IMG/VR virus record: IMGVR_UViG_3300045988_077974
From: a virus
Strand: one strand, 5' to 3'
DNA: 57,763 bases
The notes under the pieces are model-generated. The model ran no database searches and was not told where the DNA came from. It worked only from the letters and a program-made list of their open reading frames with translations. How positions within the stretch are numbered: position 1 is the first letter of the stretch; every line of letters begins with the position of its first letter. Of the stretch, positions 50,958 through 57,763 are shown piece after piece. The position numbers and the translations under genes were made by a program.

Positions 50958-51982
50958 TCCTCACTTTCAAATAATTCTTTTACATATAAATCCATTGAAT
51001 AACAAAGTTTTACGCAATTTCCGTGTAATGCATGATTTTTCCAGGAATTGTACTTCTCATAAAACTTCTTTTCTATCATTCTTCCAGATTTCACAAGCTT
51101 TACCCATGTTCTAATCTTCTTGCGGATTTTACGTTTATTCGATCCTGTAAGTTTTCTTATGTATTTTCCGTCTTTCGTAATGTAATGATGAAAACCGGTA
51201 AACAGTATCCCGTTTTTAAACGGCAATATTTGCGTTTTCCCATTCAGCGACAATCTGAGACTGGCAACAAATTCCCTTATGCAGTCAAGGCACCACATCA
51301 AATAACCTTTATCTTGGTGGATTAAGTAGAAATCGTCCATATATCGTCCGTATAGTTTTATACCTAATTCTCCGGTAATAAAACGATCTAACCCGTTAAG
51401 CGTCAACAAAGCATAAACCTGTGCAACTTGGTTTCCAAGCGGAAGCCCCAAACCATCTGTGCTGTCTATAAACAAATGATTTAACCACTTCACATATTCG
51501 TCTGTAAAATGATAGTCTACAATGTCTTTCAAAACCTCATGATCTATCTGGTAGAAAAACTTCGTAATATCACATTTAAGAATCCAACCATTAAGACCAT
51601 GCTCTCTGTAAAACTCAAGCATTTGATCTCTTAGACAATCCATTCCGAAATGAGTTCCTTTTCCTTTCTGCCCTGCATAATTGGTTTTGATAAACTCGCT
51701 TTCCAATCTCGGATGCAATATGTTGTCGCACAGACAATGTTGAACAACTTTATCCTTAAAAGAACACGATTTAATCACTCTCTCCTTAGGTTCATAGACC
51801 TTAAATTCATTGTACGGATTCATCCGGTATGTCTGATTTTCAAGCTGTTCTTTTAAAAGATGCAATCCCTCAAGGCTCATTGTCTGAAATTTTGCACTGC
51901 TGCCATTGAATTTTTTACCATATTTAGCTTTCTTATAAGCCTTATACAGATTTTCATAATCACAAATAATATCTTTATCCAT
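50954..51982 (-). CDS. DGR-type reverse transcriptase
   Basis: 342 aa. RT motifs ...ILKCDITKFFYQIDH..., GLPLGNQVAQVYA (resembles the DGR [IL]GxxxSQ motif) and GRYMDDFYLI. Sits directly 3' of a TR whose copies differ at adenines. Confidence 0.9.
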   Translation of the reverse strand: MDKDIICDYENLYKAYKKAKYGKKFNGSSAKFQTMSLEGLHLLKEQLENQTYRMNPYNEFKVYEPKERVIKSCSFKDKVVQHCLCDNILHPRLESEFIKTNYAGQKGKGTHFGMDCLRDQMLEFYREHGLNGWILKCDITKFFYQIDHEVLKDIVDYHFTDEYVKWLNHLFIDSTDGLGLPLGNQVAQVYALLTLNGLDRFITGELGIKLYGRYMDDFYLIHQDKGYLMWCLDCIREFVASLRLSLNGKTQILPFKNGILFTGFHHYITKDGKYIRKLTGSNKRKIRKKIRTWVKLVKSGRMIEKKFYEKYNSWKNHALHGNCVKLCYSMDLYVKELFESEE

Positions 51983-52003
51983 AGTAAAAATTCCTTTGTA
52001 TTT

Positions 52004-52021
52004 ATCCTTTTAGGAAAGGAT
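52004..52021 (-). other. 7-bp hairpin in the TR-RT spacer
   Basis: ATCCTTT-TAGG-AAAGGAT on the plus strand, between the TR and the RT start codon. Confidence 0.6.
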
Positions 52022-52081
52022 GCGCACTTTTTTGTATCTTTTTCCGATTTCGGCTTACTGCCTACTCTAACTGTCTGTGTA

Positions 52082-52157
52082 ATACAGAATGGGCGAACAC
52101 CGTTGTTGTTATTGTAGTTCCTGTTGTTGATATTGCCGGACGAAGCAACAACGGTTT
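52082..52157 (-). repeat. DGR template repeat (TR)
   Basis: About 76 nt. The sense strand is AAC/AAT-rich (AAT ATC AAC AAC AGG AAC TAC AAT AAC AAC AAC) and non-coding, between avd and the RT. It aligns to VR1 and VR2 with mismatches almost only at TR adenines. Confidence 0.9.
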
Positions 52158-52180
52158 ATACAGTGCGCAACCTAATAAAT

Positions 52181-52552
52181 TTATCTTTCTTTATCCTTAG
52201 TTCTCCAAGCAATCGCCATATGCTTAATGTCAGAAACCATCTTCGACCAATATTCCATGCTTTTTGCATTTATGATGTTTAGTTTCATTGATAATTCAAT
52301 GTAAAACAAAAGTTCGTCACAATGCGTTATTGCTTTGGTTTGAAGCTCCGACCGCTCCCTGCGATACAACTTCAAATCCGTTCGATTCGCTTCATACAGA
52401 TATTCATAGATTTCAAGTGCTTTATTTTGCATTTTATCCACAAGAGAAAATCTGTATTTCTTCGGATATCTATTGCAGTTTGAAGTTATCCGCAGCGTAT
52501 GTTCGGCAAGGTCTTTTGCTTTCAAGATTACCTTTAATTCCGTTCCAGCCAT
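52181..52552 (-). CDS. avd: Avd-like accessory variability determinant (four-helix-bundle, 23S rRNA IVS protein family)
   Basis: 123 aa, basic and helical. KAKDLAEHTLRITSN...YPKKYRFSLVDKMQNKALEIYEYLYEAN fits the Avd/IVS-protein pattern. Canonical position between target and TR. Confidence 0.8.
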   Translation of the reverse strand: MAGTELKVILKAKDLAEHTLRITSNCNRYPKKYRFSLVDKMQNKALEIYEYLYEANRTDLKLYRRERSELQTKAITHCDELLFYIELSMKLNIINAKSMEYWSKMVSDIKHMAIAWRTKDKER

Positions 52553-52556
52553 TTAA

Positions 52557-53165
52557 TTACTCCTCTGATTCAAAGATTGAAGAAGAAAAGATACAAAACG
52601 GGCGAACACCGTAGTCGCAATTGTAGTTCCTGATGATGAAATCGCCGGACGAAGAAACAACGGTAACCGAATATTCATAATCGTTGCAAGGTGTACTCCA
52701 AGGAGTAATAAGCCACCACCATTTTTTCTCGTTCGGAATAAGACTTCGATATTTCCTGTATTCATCTACAGTAAGAAGAGAAACGGAATCTTCGCACTTT
52801 TCATATTCCGTCTGACCGTCCAGAGATAACAGATCTCTTTCAAACTTAACGATATTTTCTTCTCCAACTTCATCGGATATCTTTTTGAGAAAATCTCCAT
52901 TCAAATATTCTCTTAAACCGCTCGATTTCCAGTCGTTAGAAGAATCGTCAAACTTCATATCTTCTTCCAAAATTTCACAAAGGCAAGAATAACCATTGTC
53001 TGTAATGTCAATAATCTTCCAGTCAAGACCTGCGATTTTAAAAGTGTCTCCAATTTTAAGGCTGGAAGGGATTTTAGAAACACTTTTCTCCGCTTTCAAA
53101 ATAGCAACATCATTCCTAAGTTCGTTGATCTGATCCTGCAAAATTTTCATTGTTAAATTAGCCAT
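52557..53165 (-). CDS. DGR target protein 1 (VR1 at the C-terminus)
   Basis: C-terminus WWWLITPWSTPCNDYEYSVTVVSSSGDFIIRNYNCDYGVRPFCIF. The overall layout (GD.F..G...W.V......LREYLN..F....vsLLTVDEY...WWW...) resembles DUF6273/CLec-like DGR targets. Alternative start at 53171. Confidence 0.85.
   Translation of the reverse strand: MANLTMKILQDQINELRNDVAILKAEKSVSKIPSSLKIGDTFKIAGLDWKIIDITDNGYSCLCEILEEDMKFDDSSNDWKSSGLREYLNGDFLKKISDEVGEENIVKFERDLLSLDGQTEYEKCEDSVSLLTVDEYRKYRSLIPNEKKWWWLITPWSTPCNDYEYSVTVVSSSGDFIIRNYNCDYGVRPFCIFSSSIFESEE
52591..52666 (-). repeat. DGR variable repeat VR1
   Basis: Aligned by hand to the TR. 9 in-frame substitutions at TR adenines and 2 at non-adenines. Confidence 0.9.
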
Positions 53166-53167
53166 AA

Positions 53168-53776
53168 TCATTCTCCTTTCGATACAAAGATATTAGATTT
53201 CAAGATACAAAATGGGCGAACACCGTTGCAGTTACCGTAGCCCCCGCAGCTGAAATTGCCGGACGAAGCAACAACGGCGATTGAATACTCCCATCCTCTT
53301 TCAGCTGTAGACCACGATGTGCAAGTCCACCACCAATCATTTAACTCGTTATTCACAAGAAGATCATTGTACTTTCTTGCTTCATCAAATGTAATAGGTC
53401 TGACCTTGCATTTAAAACGAGAAAATTCTTCCTGCATATCAACCGATGTCAAGTCGACAGAACATTCAACGATGTTTTCTTCACCAACCTCCGATTCAAT
53501 AATTGGCTGAATATCTTCCTCGATAACCTTTCTAAGATTAGATTTTCTGTAGTCTCTCGTATCATCATCAAATACGATATTTTTTGCCATAAATCCTTTT
53601 GAAATTACTGCCGTTGTTTCTGCATATTCATTCTGATCAAGCACAATAAAATCATGATCTCCAATTTTGAATGTATTGCCCGGATGCAATTCGCAAAGTT
53701 TGACTTTGCTTTTTTTCTCCTCTTCTTCAAGCCTTTTTACCAGTTCCCTTGCCATTTCCAATGTTTTACTATTCAT
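53168..53776 (-). CDS. DGR target protein 2 (VR2 at the C-terminus), paralog of target 1
   Basis: C-terminus WWWTCTSWSTAERGWEYSIAVVASSGNFSCGGYGNCNGVRPFCIL. Same architecture as target 1. RBS GGAGGG. Confidence 0.85.
   Translation of the reverse strand: MNSKTLEMARELVKRLEEEEKKSKVKLCELHPGNTFKIGDHDFIVLDQNEYAETTAVISKGFMAKNIVFDDDTRDYRKSNLRKVIEEDIQPIIESEVGEENIVECSVDLTSVDMQEEFSRFKCKVRPITFDEARKYNDLLVNNELNDWWWTCTSWSTAERGWEYSIAVVASSGNFSCGGYGNCNGVRPFCILKSNIFVSKGE
53205..53280 (-). repeat. DGR variable repeat VR2
   Basis: Aligned by hand to the TR. 12 substitutions at TR adenines and 1 at a non-adenine. Confidence 0.9.
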
Positions 53777-53779
53777 TTT

Positions 53780-55696
53780 TTATCCCTCCATAATTTCCAT
53801 ATCTTTGTTATCAACAATCAGAAGAATCTTCTGACTTTCGATCATATCAATTACTTTCGCCCGGTTCGCTTCATCCAAGCTCTCAACATCATCAATCCAA
53901 ATAGGGCAACGGATTCCGCTCATTTTCTGAATCGAATTACAAATGTCAATCCTGCCAATGATGCGGTTCCCCTTATTGCTCATAGTGGTTAGAATTGACT
54001 TTCCATCCACCATAGGGATGCAATCTGATTTGTAGCCGCCGGATTTTCCGATCTCAAACAATTTCCATTTGACAATTCCGAAATTAGCATTTACGGCATC
54101 AGCTAATTTTGAGTTTTTCACTTTCTCCAAATCCTCAATCAAATGAAGAACCCTCTCCGCATCTGCCTGCTTCTGTGATTTTTCACGCTGCTCTTTTCGC
54201 AGATGCTCTAATCTATCCTCGCAGTCGGAAGTATCTGACTGCGTCAGAAGCTTTTCCCATTCTGCCAATTCTGACCGTATTTCCGTCTCTTCTCCGGCTA
54301 GCATAGTTTTCAAAGCCGAAATGTCATTGTATTTCTCAAGGAATTTCTCCTTTTCGGAAATCTCACTTTCCAACTTCTTGTAATCATCGGTGCTGGTAAC
54401 GTCTCTTCTTTCTTCGGACAGATTGTTTTCAAGCTGCTTAATCTCTTCTGCCAAAATTTTCTTATCAGCTTCGTTATTTTTGTTTAGTTCCTCTAATTTA
54501 GATATTTCTTTGTTGTTTTCCTTGATTTCTTTCTTAATTTTCAAACCGTCACTCTCGATTTTTTTGATCCGATCATTCTTTGACTTCTCAAAATCAGATT
54601 TCAGAGTTTCAATTTCTTCATCCGGAAACTCCCGGTGACACGTCGGACATACAGTCGATTTCTCGTCGAATTGCTCTGATTTCACAGACTGCCAAACATT
54701 AGAAAGCCTTTCTCTCTCCTCGTTCAGCTTAATGTTTTCTTTTTTGTAACCAGAAAGCTCAAAAGTATTTTTCTGTATTTTTACATTAAGCTTTGTAAAA
54801 AGCTCTTCTTTTCTTCCAATCTGTTTTTTAATGTCACTCAATTCTTTTTCCGTTTTCTCATTCGCCTCACGAACCATATCATTAAGCCGAAATTTCATAT
54901 CAAGGATATCGTTCGTCTCCTTATCGTAAGAATCCATAAGATTCTTGTTAGAAGCCTGCTTGTCTTTGTTTTCTTTCAGACGTTCCAGTAAAAAGTTTCT
55001 TTGCAACTCTAACGCCGATACGTCCGTTTCCTGCTTCTGCTTGATCTCAAGCTCTTTCTCTGCGATGCGACCGGAATATGTTGATAATTCCTTTTTCATA
55101 TCGCTGACAATAGATTTGTTCATTGCCGTTATCTCTTCTACCGTATAATCAGCCAACAGCGGCAAAAGGTCTTTCAAATCTTCGTTTCCTGCGGCGATAT
55201 CATAATCGCTAATACTATCCGTATGAGCGAAAAGGTATTTCCTCATTTCGGTTGGCTTCTGTGCGGTAAAAGCGTTGATGTTGCAACACATCTTGACAAT
55301 GTCCATATCAATGCAGAGGTAACCCTTAAAGTCCTTGGCAGTTTTTAGAACGTCGTTAATAAAATACCTGTTATCGTCCTTGTAACTGCTGCCGTCTTTA
55401 CTATATGTCCGCTTCTGAACCTTTTTCATTGTGACTATTTTGCCATCAACACAAAACCTGGCAGTAACGCTAACATCGTCATCAACAGGCACCCCGTTTT
55501 CTTCCCGTCTTACAACCGGCTTCGGTGTCAAATCGTAGTCACAATCAAACAAAAGCCACATATAAGCATTCGCAATAGTGCTTTTTCCAACTCCGTTGCG
55601 ACCGATGATTCTGGTCAAATCGTTGAAACCGACCTTTTCGTAGCCATAAGCCATGAAGTTTGTCATTTCAATGTCAATGATTTTGATTTCTTTCAT
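53780..55696 (-). CDS. SMC/Rad50/SbcC-like AAA ATPase with a long coiled-coil and a CxxC hook
   Basis: Walker A IGRNGVGKSTI, about 350 aa of coiled coil containing CPTC, and a C-terminal ...IWIDDVESLD (Walker B/D-loop-like) motif. Confidence 0.8.
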   Translation of the reverse strand: MKEIKIIDIEMTNFMAYGYEKVGFNDLTRIIGRNGVGKSTIANAYMWLLFDCDYDLTPKPVVRREENGVPVDDDVSVTARFCVDGKIVTMKKVQKRTYSKDGSSYKDDNRYFINDVLKTAKDFKGYLCIDMDIVKMCCNINAFTAQKPTEMRKYLFAHTDSISDYDIAAGNEDLKDLLPLLADYTVEEITAMNKSIVSDMKKELSTYSGRIAEKELEIKQKQETDVSALELQRNFLLERLKENKDKQASNKNLMDSYDKETNDILDMKFRLNDMVREANEKTEKELSDIKKQIGRKEELFTKLNVKIQKNTFELSGYKKENIKLNEERERLSNVWQSVKSEQFDEKSTVCPTCHREFPDEEIETLKSDFEKSKNDRIKKIESDGLKIKKEIKENNKEISKLEELNKNNEADKKILAEEIKQLENNLSEERRDVTSTDDYKKLESEISEKEKFLEKYNDISALKTMLAGEETEIRSELAEWEKLLTQSDTSDCEDRLEHLRKEQREKSQKQADAERVLHLIEDLEKVKNSKLADAVNANFGIVKWKLFEIGKSGGYKSDCIPMVDGKSILTTMSNKGNRIIGRIDICNSIQKMSGIRCPIWIDDVESLDEANRAKVIDMIESQKILLIVDNKDMEIMEG

Positions 55697-55952
55697 TTGC
55701 CGCCGCTCTCCTTTCTTCTTCTCTTTTTCTTTCTTTCTCCTGTAAAAATTTGATTACTTCCTGTGCGTCAATCGTACCGATGACTGTCAGCATTTGAGTG
55801 ACATTCACATAACCGTCAAGTCTGATAAGCTCAACAAGTACACCAATACGGCTCTCAATCCCTAAAAGCTCCTCGTAACGCTTTCTGTCAATCTCAATGA
55901 CATTCTTCTTACACTCACAAACCTTTTCTTCAACTCCTGCAACTTCTAACAT
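55674..55952 (-). CDS. Hypothetical protein
   Basis: ORF track. Confidence 0.5.
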   Translation of the reverse strand: MLEVAGVEEKVCECKKNVIEIDRKRYEELLGIESRIGVLVELIRLDGYVNVTQMLTVIGTIDAQEVIKFLQEKERKREEERRAAANERNQNH

Positions 55953-55954
55953 AT

Positions 55955-56083
55955 CTACTTCTCCTTTCCAGGAAAGACAATCTTTGTAACCTTTCCGTTA
56001 TTGATTACAAAACCAATGCCGGTAAAAGCACTGATAACTTCCAAGTCAACAATTGATAACTCATTAAAATCTACATTTATCAT
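55955..56083 (-). CDS. Possible 42-aa ORF
   Basis: Hand translation MINVDFNELSIVDLEVISAFTGIGFVINNGKVTKIVFPGKEK. Weak RBS. Confidence 0.3.
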   Translation of the reverse strand: MINVDFNELSIVDLEVISAFTGIGFVINNGKVTKIVFPGKEK

Positions 56084-56086
56084 TTT

Positions 56087-56272
56087 CTACATCCTTTCTA
56101 TTTCAAACCGGAGCTTATCGACATATCTAACCTTTCCAGTAGCTTTGTTGATAAATCGAATATAAAACTCCATTTCCTCCAGTAACAACCAGTCATCTGC
56201 GTTCATGAAATTGAAACTGCATAACTCACGCTGACGGCGGCTCAATTTCTTTGGTCTCTTTAACTGTGCCAT
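56087..56272 (-). CDS. Hypothetical small basic protein
   Basis: Start at 56272 (MAQLKRPKKLSRRQRE...) downstream of AAGGAG. Confidence 0.45.
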   Translation of the reverse strand: MAQLKRPKKLSRRQRELCSFNFMNADDWLLLEEMEFYIRFINKATGKVRYVDKLRFEIERM

Positions 56273-56280
56273 CCCACAAA

Positions 56281-56391
56281 TCACTCCTTGTCATCGTGCT
56301 TGAATCCTATATACAGAATGATTGCCACAAATGCCAGCAGTTCAATTCCGACAACGGTTAAAACTCCAGCCCAAAACGGATTTACCCACAT
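56281..56391 (-). CDS. Possible 36-aa single-TM peptide (MWVNPFWAGVLTVVGIELLAFVAIILYIGFKHDDKE)
   Basis: Hand translation. Fills the gap after the 3D-domain gene. Confidence 0.35.
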   Translation of the reverse strand: MWVNPFWAGVLTVVGIELLAFVAIILYIGFKHDDKE

Positions 56392-56395
56392 ATCG

Positions 56396-56836
56396 CTATT
56401 CTCCTTTCTTTAAAATCCTAACTTTGACCGTCTGAACGCCAAACTCTTCTGCATCCTTATGACTTTCAAAGTAAATGTCCAACTTGTTCCCTTTGATTTT
56501 CGCCCCGCAATCCTCGGCGGTAAATTTTCCGATTCCCTTTAGGTGTAACTTCGTCCCATACGAAATCACTTTTGGATCAACTGCAATGGTACGTCCCTGC
56601 TTTGCTTTCGATCCTGTCGCAGTTAATCTTCCCCATCTACCGGAGCATTTCCGACAAGGGCAATATGCTGTAACTTTATACTTCTTCCAAACGATAGAAG
56701 CTTTCTTTTTCGGTTTTGCCTGCACGATTACTTCCTTATTATTAAGAAGCCCGTCAAACTGACATCCAATATCAGCTACCATCAACAGCGGTACGGCTAC
56801 CGCCAATACAAACAGTGCTATTTTCTTTCTTTTCAT
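56396..56836 (-). CDS. Secreted/anchored 3D-domain (RlpA/MltA-like double-psi barrel) cell-wall protein
   Basis: N-terminal hydrophobic signal. VTAYCPCRKCSG...TATGSKAKQGRTIAVDPKVISYGTKLHL.G.G.FTAEDCGAKIKGNKLDIYF matches the 3D-domain signature. Confidence 0.75.
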   Translation of the reverse strand: MKRKKIALFVLAVAVPLLMVADIGCQFDGLLNNKEVIVQAKPKKKASIVWKKYKVTAYCPCRKCSGRWGRLTATGSKAKQGRTIAVDPKVISYGTKLHLKGIGKFTAEDCGAKIKGNKLDIYFESHKDAEEFGVQTVKVRILKKGE

Positions 56837-56848
56837 CTTTCTTCCTTT

Positions 56849-57031
56849 CTAAACATTGATAACAAACTCGTTAAATTCGTTGAAACCAAAACCCGAAACA
56901 AATCTACTTTCGATATCCTCCGGAACGTCTGTTATCGGTCCTTTGAATATCTGCTTCTCCTCCCCTGTTTCAAAAATAAAAACTTCGTCATCATCGTACA
57001 TATAAAGCTCCAACAGCTCTTTAACTTCCAT
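56849..57031 (-). CDS. Hypothetical acidic protein
   Basis: ORF track. Confidence 0.45.
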   Translation of the reverse strand: MEVKELLELYMYDDDEVFIFETGEEKQIFKGPITDVPEDIESRFVSGFGFNEFNEFVINV

Positions 57032-57148
57032 CTTTTTCTCCTTTCATAAAAACCTTGCCAGTGCCGCCGTTATCGCAAATAGAAATAAAATCTCTATCAA
57101 ACGATCAATTATTTTGTTCTCGTCCATATTCTTTCTCCAAAATAATTT

Positions 57149-57763
57149 CTATTCAAGCTCCACAAATTCTCCGTTTTTTAATCGGTAAAACGTATCTTCT
57201 TTAATTTTTTCTCCGTCAACACATTCTGTTTTGACGCATACCGGAATCAAATAAGAATTATCGTTTTCATTTTTTCTTTCCCATTCAGCCAATGTAATCC
57301 AACTGCCAATTTTTGCTTTTGCAACAGAGTCCATTCCAGCTGCCATTATTACGGAGTGTTTGCCTTCCGATTCAATCTGTGCGTAATCTCCAGAGCTACC
57401 AATCTGCGCGTAATCTCCAGAGCTACCAATCTGTGCGTAATCTCCAGAGCTACCAATCTGTGCGGAATCTCCAGAGCTACCAATCTTTGCGGAATATCCA
57501 GAGCTACCAATCTGTGCGTAATCTCCAGAGCTACCAATCTGTGCGGAATCTCCAGAGCTACCAATCTGCGCGGAATATCCAGAGCTACCAATCTGTGCGT
57601 AATATCCAGAGCTACCAATCTTTGCGGAATCTCCAGAGCTACCAATCTGCGCGGAATATCCAGAGCTACCAATCTGTGCGGAATATCCAGAGCTACCAAT
57701 CTGTGCGTAATCTCCAGAGCTACCAATCTGTGCGTAATCTCCAGAGCTACCAATCTGTGCGGA
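57149..57763 (-). CDS. Repeat protein, C-terminal part (nonapeptide repeats plus 65-aa tail); 5' end leaves the window
   Basis: The frame of track ORF 57149..57346 stays open upstream through every repeat. Hand check gives ...SAQIGSSGDYAQIGSSGDYAQIESEGKHSVIMAAGMDSV... The track ORF 57349..57753 (HRLVALEIT) is a different, probably non-coding frame. Confidence 0.7.
   Translation of the reverse strand, partial: SAQIGSSGDYAQIGSSGDYAQIGSSGYSAQIGSSGYSAQIGSSGDSAKIGSSGYYAQIGSSGYSAQIGSSGDSAQIGSSGDYAQIGSSGYSAKIGSSGDSAQIGSSGDYAQIGSSGDYAQIGSSGDYAQIESEGKHSVIMAAGMDSVAKAKIGSWITLAEWERKNENDNSYLIPVCVKTECVDGEKIKEDTFYRLKNGEFVELE
57373..57763. repeat. 27-bp tandem repeat, about 14 units
   Basis: Units start at 57383. 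Variants are gta/gga, atc/ata and ctgtgc/ctgcgc/ctttgc. Continues at 1..108. Confidence 0.95.

Larger units (their letters stand above)
1..57763. mobile_element. Apparently complete temperate siphovirus-like phage/prophage genome, circularly permuted in this window
   Basis: All modules are present: immunity, recombination/replication, int-xis-attP, terS/terL, portal-capsid, tail, lysis. The lysis gene (3758) abuts the immunity genes. One ORF is split by the window ends and nt 1-30 equal nt 57734-57763. Confidence 0.8.

Noticed and set aside
50954-51982. RT as a retron or group II intron reverse transcriptase
   Set aside because: There is no msr/msd-like inverted repeat structure and no intron RNA domains or maturase/En domains. 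Instead there is an adjacent Avd-like gene and a TR with adenine-specific mismatches to two VRs.
52553-52765. Track ORF 52553..52765(-) overlapping VR1
   Set aside because: It is out of frame relative to the clearly homologous target-gene frame and has no independent support.
57349-57753. Track ORF translating the 27-bp repeats as HRLVALEIT units
   Set aside because: It is merely an open alternative frame of the repeat. The frame encoding IGSSGD[YS]A[QK] is continuous with a real N-terminal domain (480..1), which has an RBS, and with the C-terminal ORF 57149..57346.
57373-57763. Regular 27-bp repeats as a possible CRISPR array
   Set aside because: The units are strictly tandem with no spacers, they lie inside an ORF, and no cas genes are present.

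Overview
This is a 57.8-kb, AT-rich genome of a temperate tailed phage with siphovirus-type module order, coded almost entirely on the minus strand. It looks complete and circularly permuted in this window. One gene, a 27-bp tandem-repeat protein, is cut by the window ends, and the first 30 nt equal the last 30 nt.

Reading the minus strand from about 2.1 kb through the junction, the order is:
- early and antirepressor genes, then an SMC-like ATPase;
- a complete diversity-generating retroelement (DGR): two tandem VR-bearing target genes, avd, TR and RT. The RT stop overlaps the recT start;
- an MBL-fold hydrolase and many small ORFs;
- a fragmented multi-TRD C5-cytosine methyltransferase carrying a (GCAGA)9 repeat;
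- DnaD-like and DnaC-like replication genes, then xis-int-attP;
- a cluster of low-complexity Cys/Gly/Gln-rich proteins;
- a plus-strand island next to an RHH gene bracketed by TTATCGTTAT iterons;
- terS, then a 5.7-kb insert with moron-like genes and a tRNA/structured-RNA island (tRNA-Gln plus two aberrant tRNA-like genes), then terL;
- portal, scaffold, decoration and major capsid genes, and connectors with an r1t-type holin embedded among them;
- tail tube, frameshift-type chaperones, a 1477-aa tape measure, tail tip and fibre genes;
- a CHAP endolysin abutting the CI-like/XRE immunity genes.

The host is probably a low-GC Gram-positive (AGGAGG-type RBSs); this is an inference. All functional calls come from motifs read in the supplied translations or my own hand translations. 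No searches or folding programs were run.
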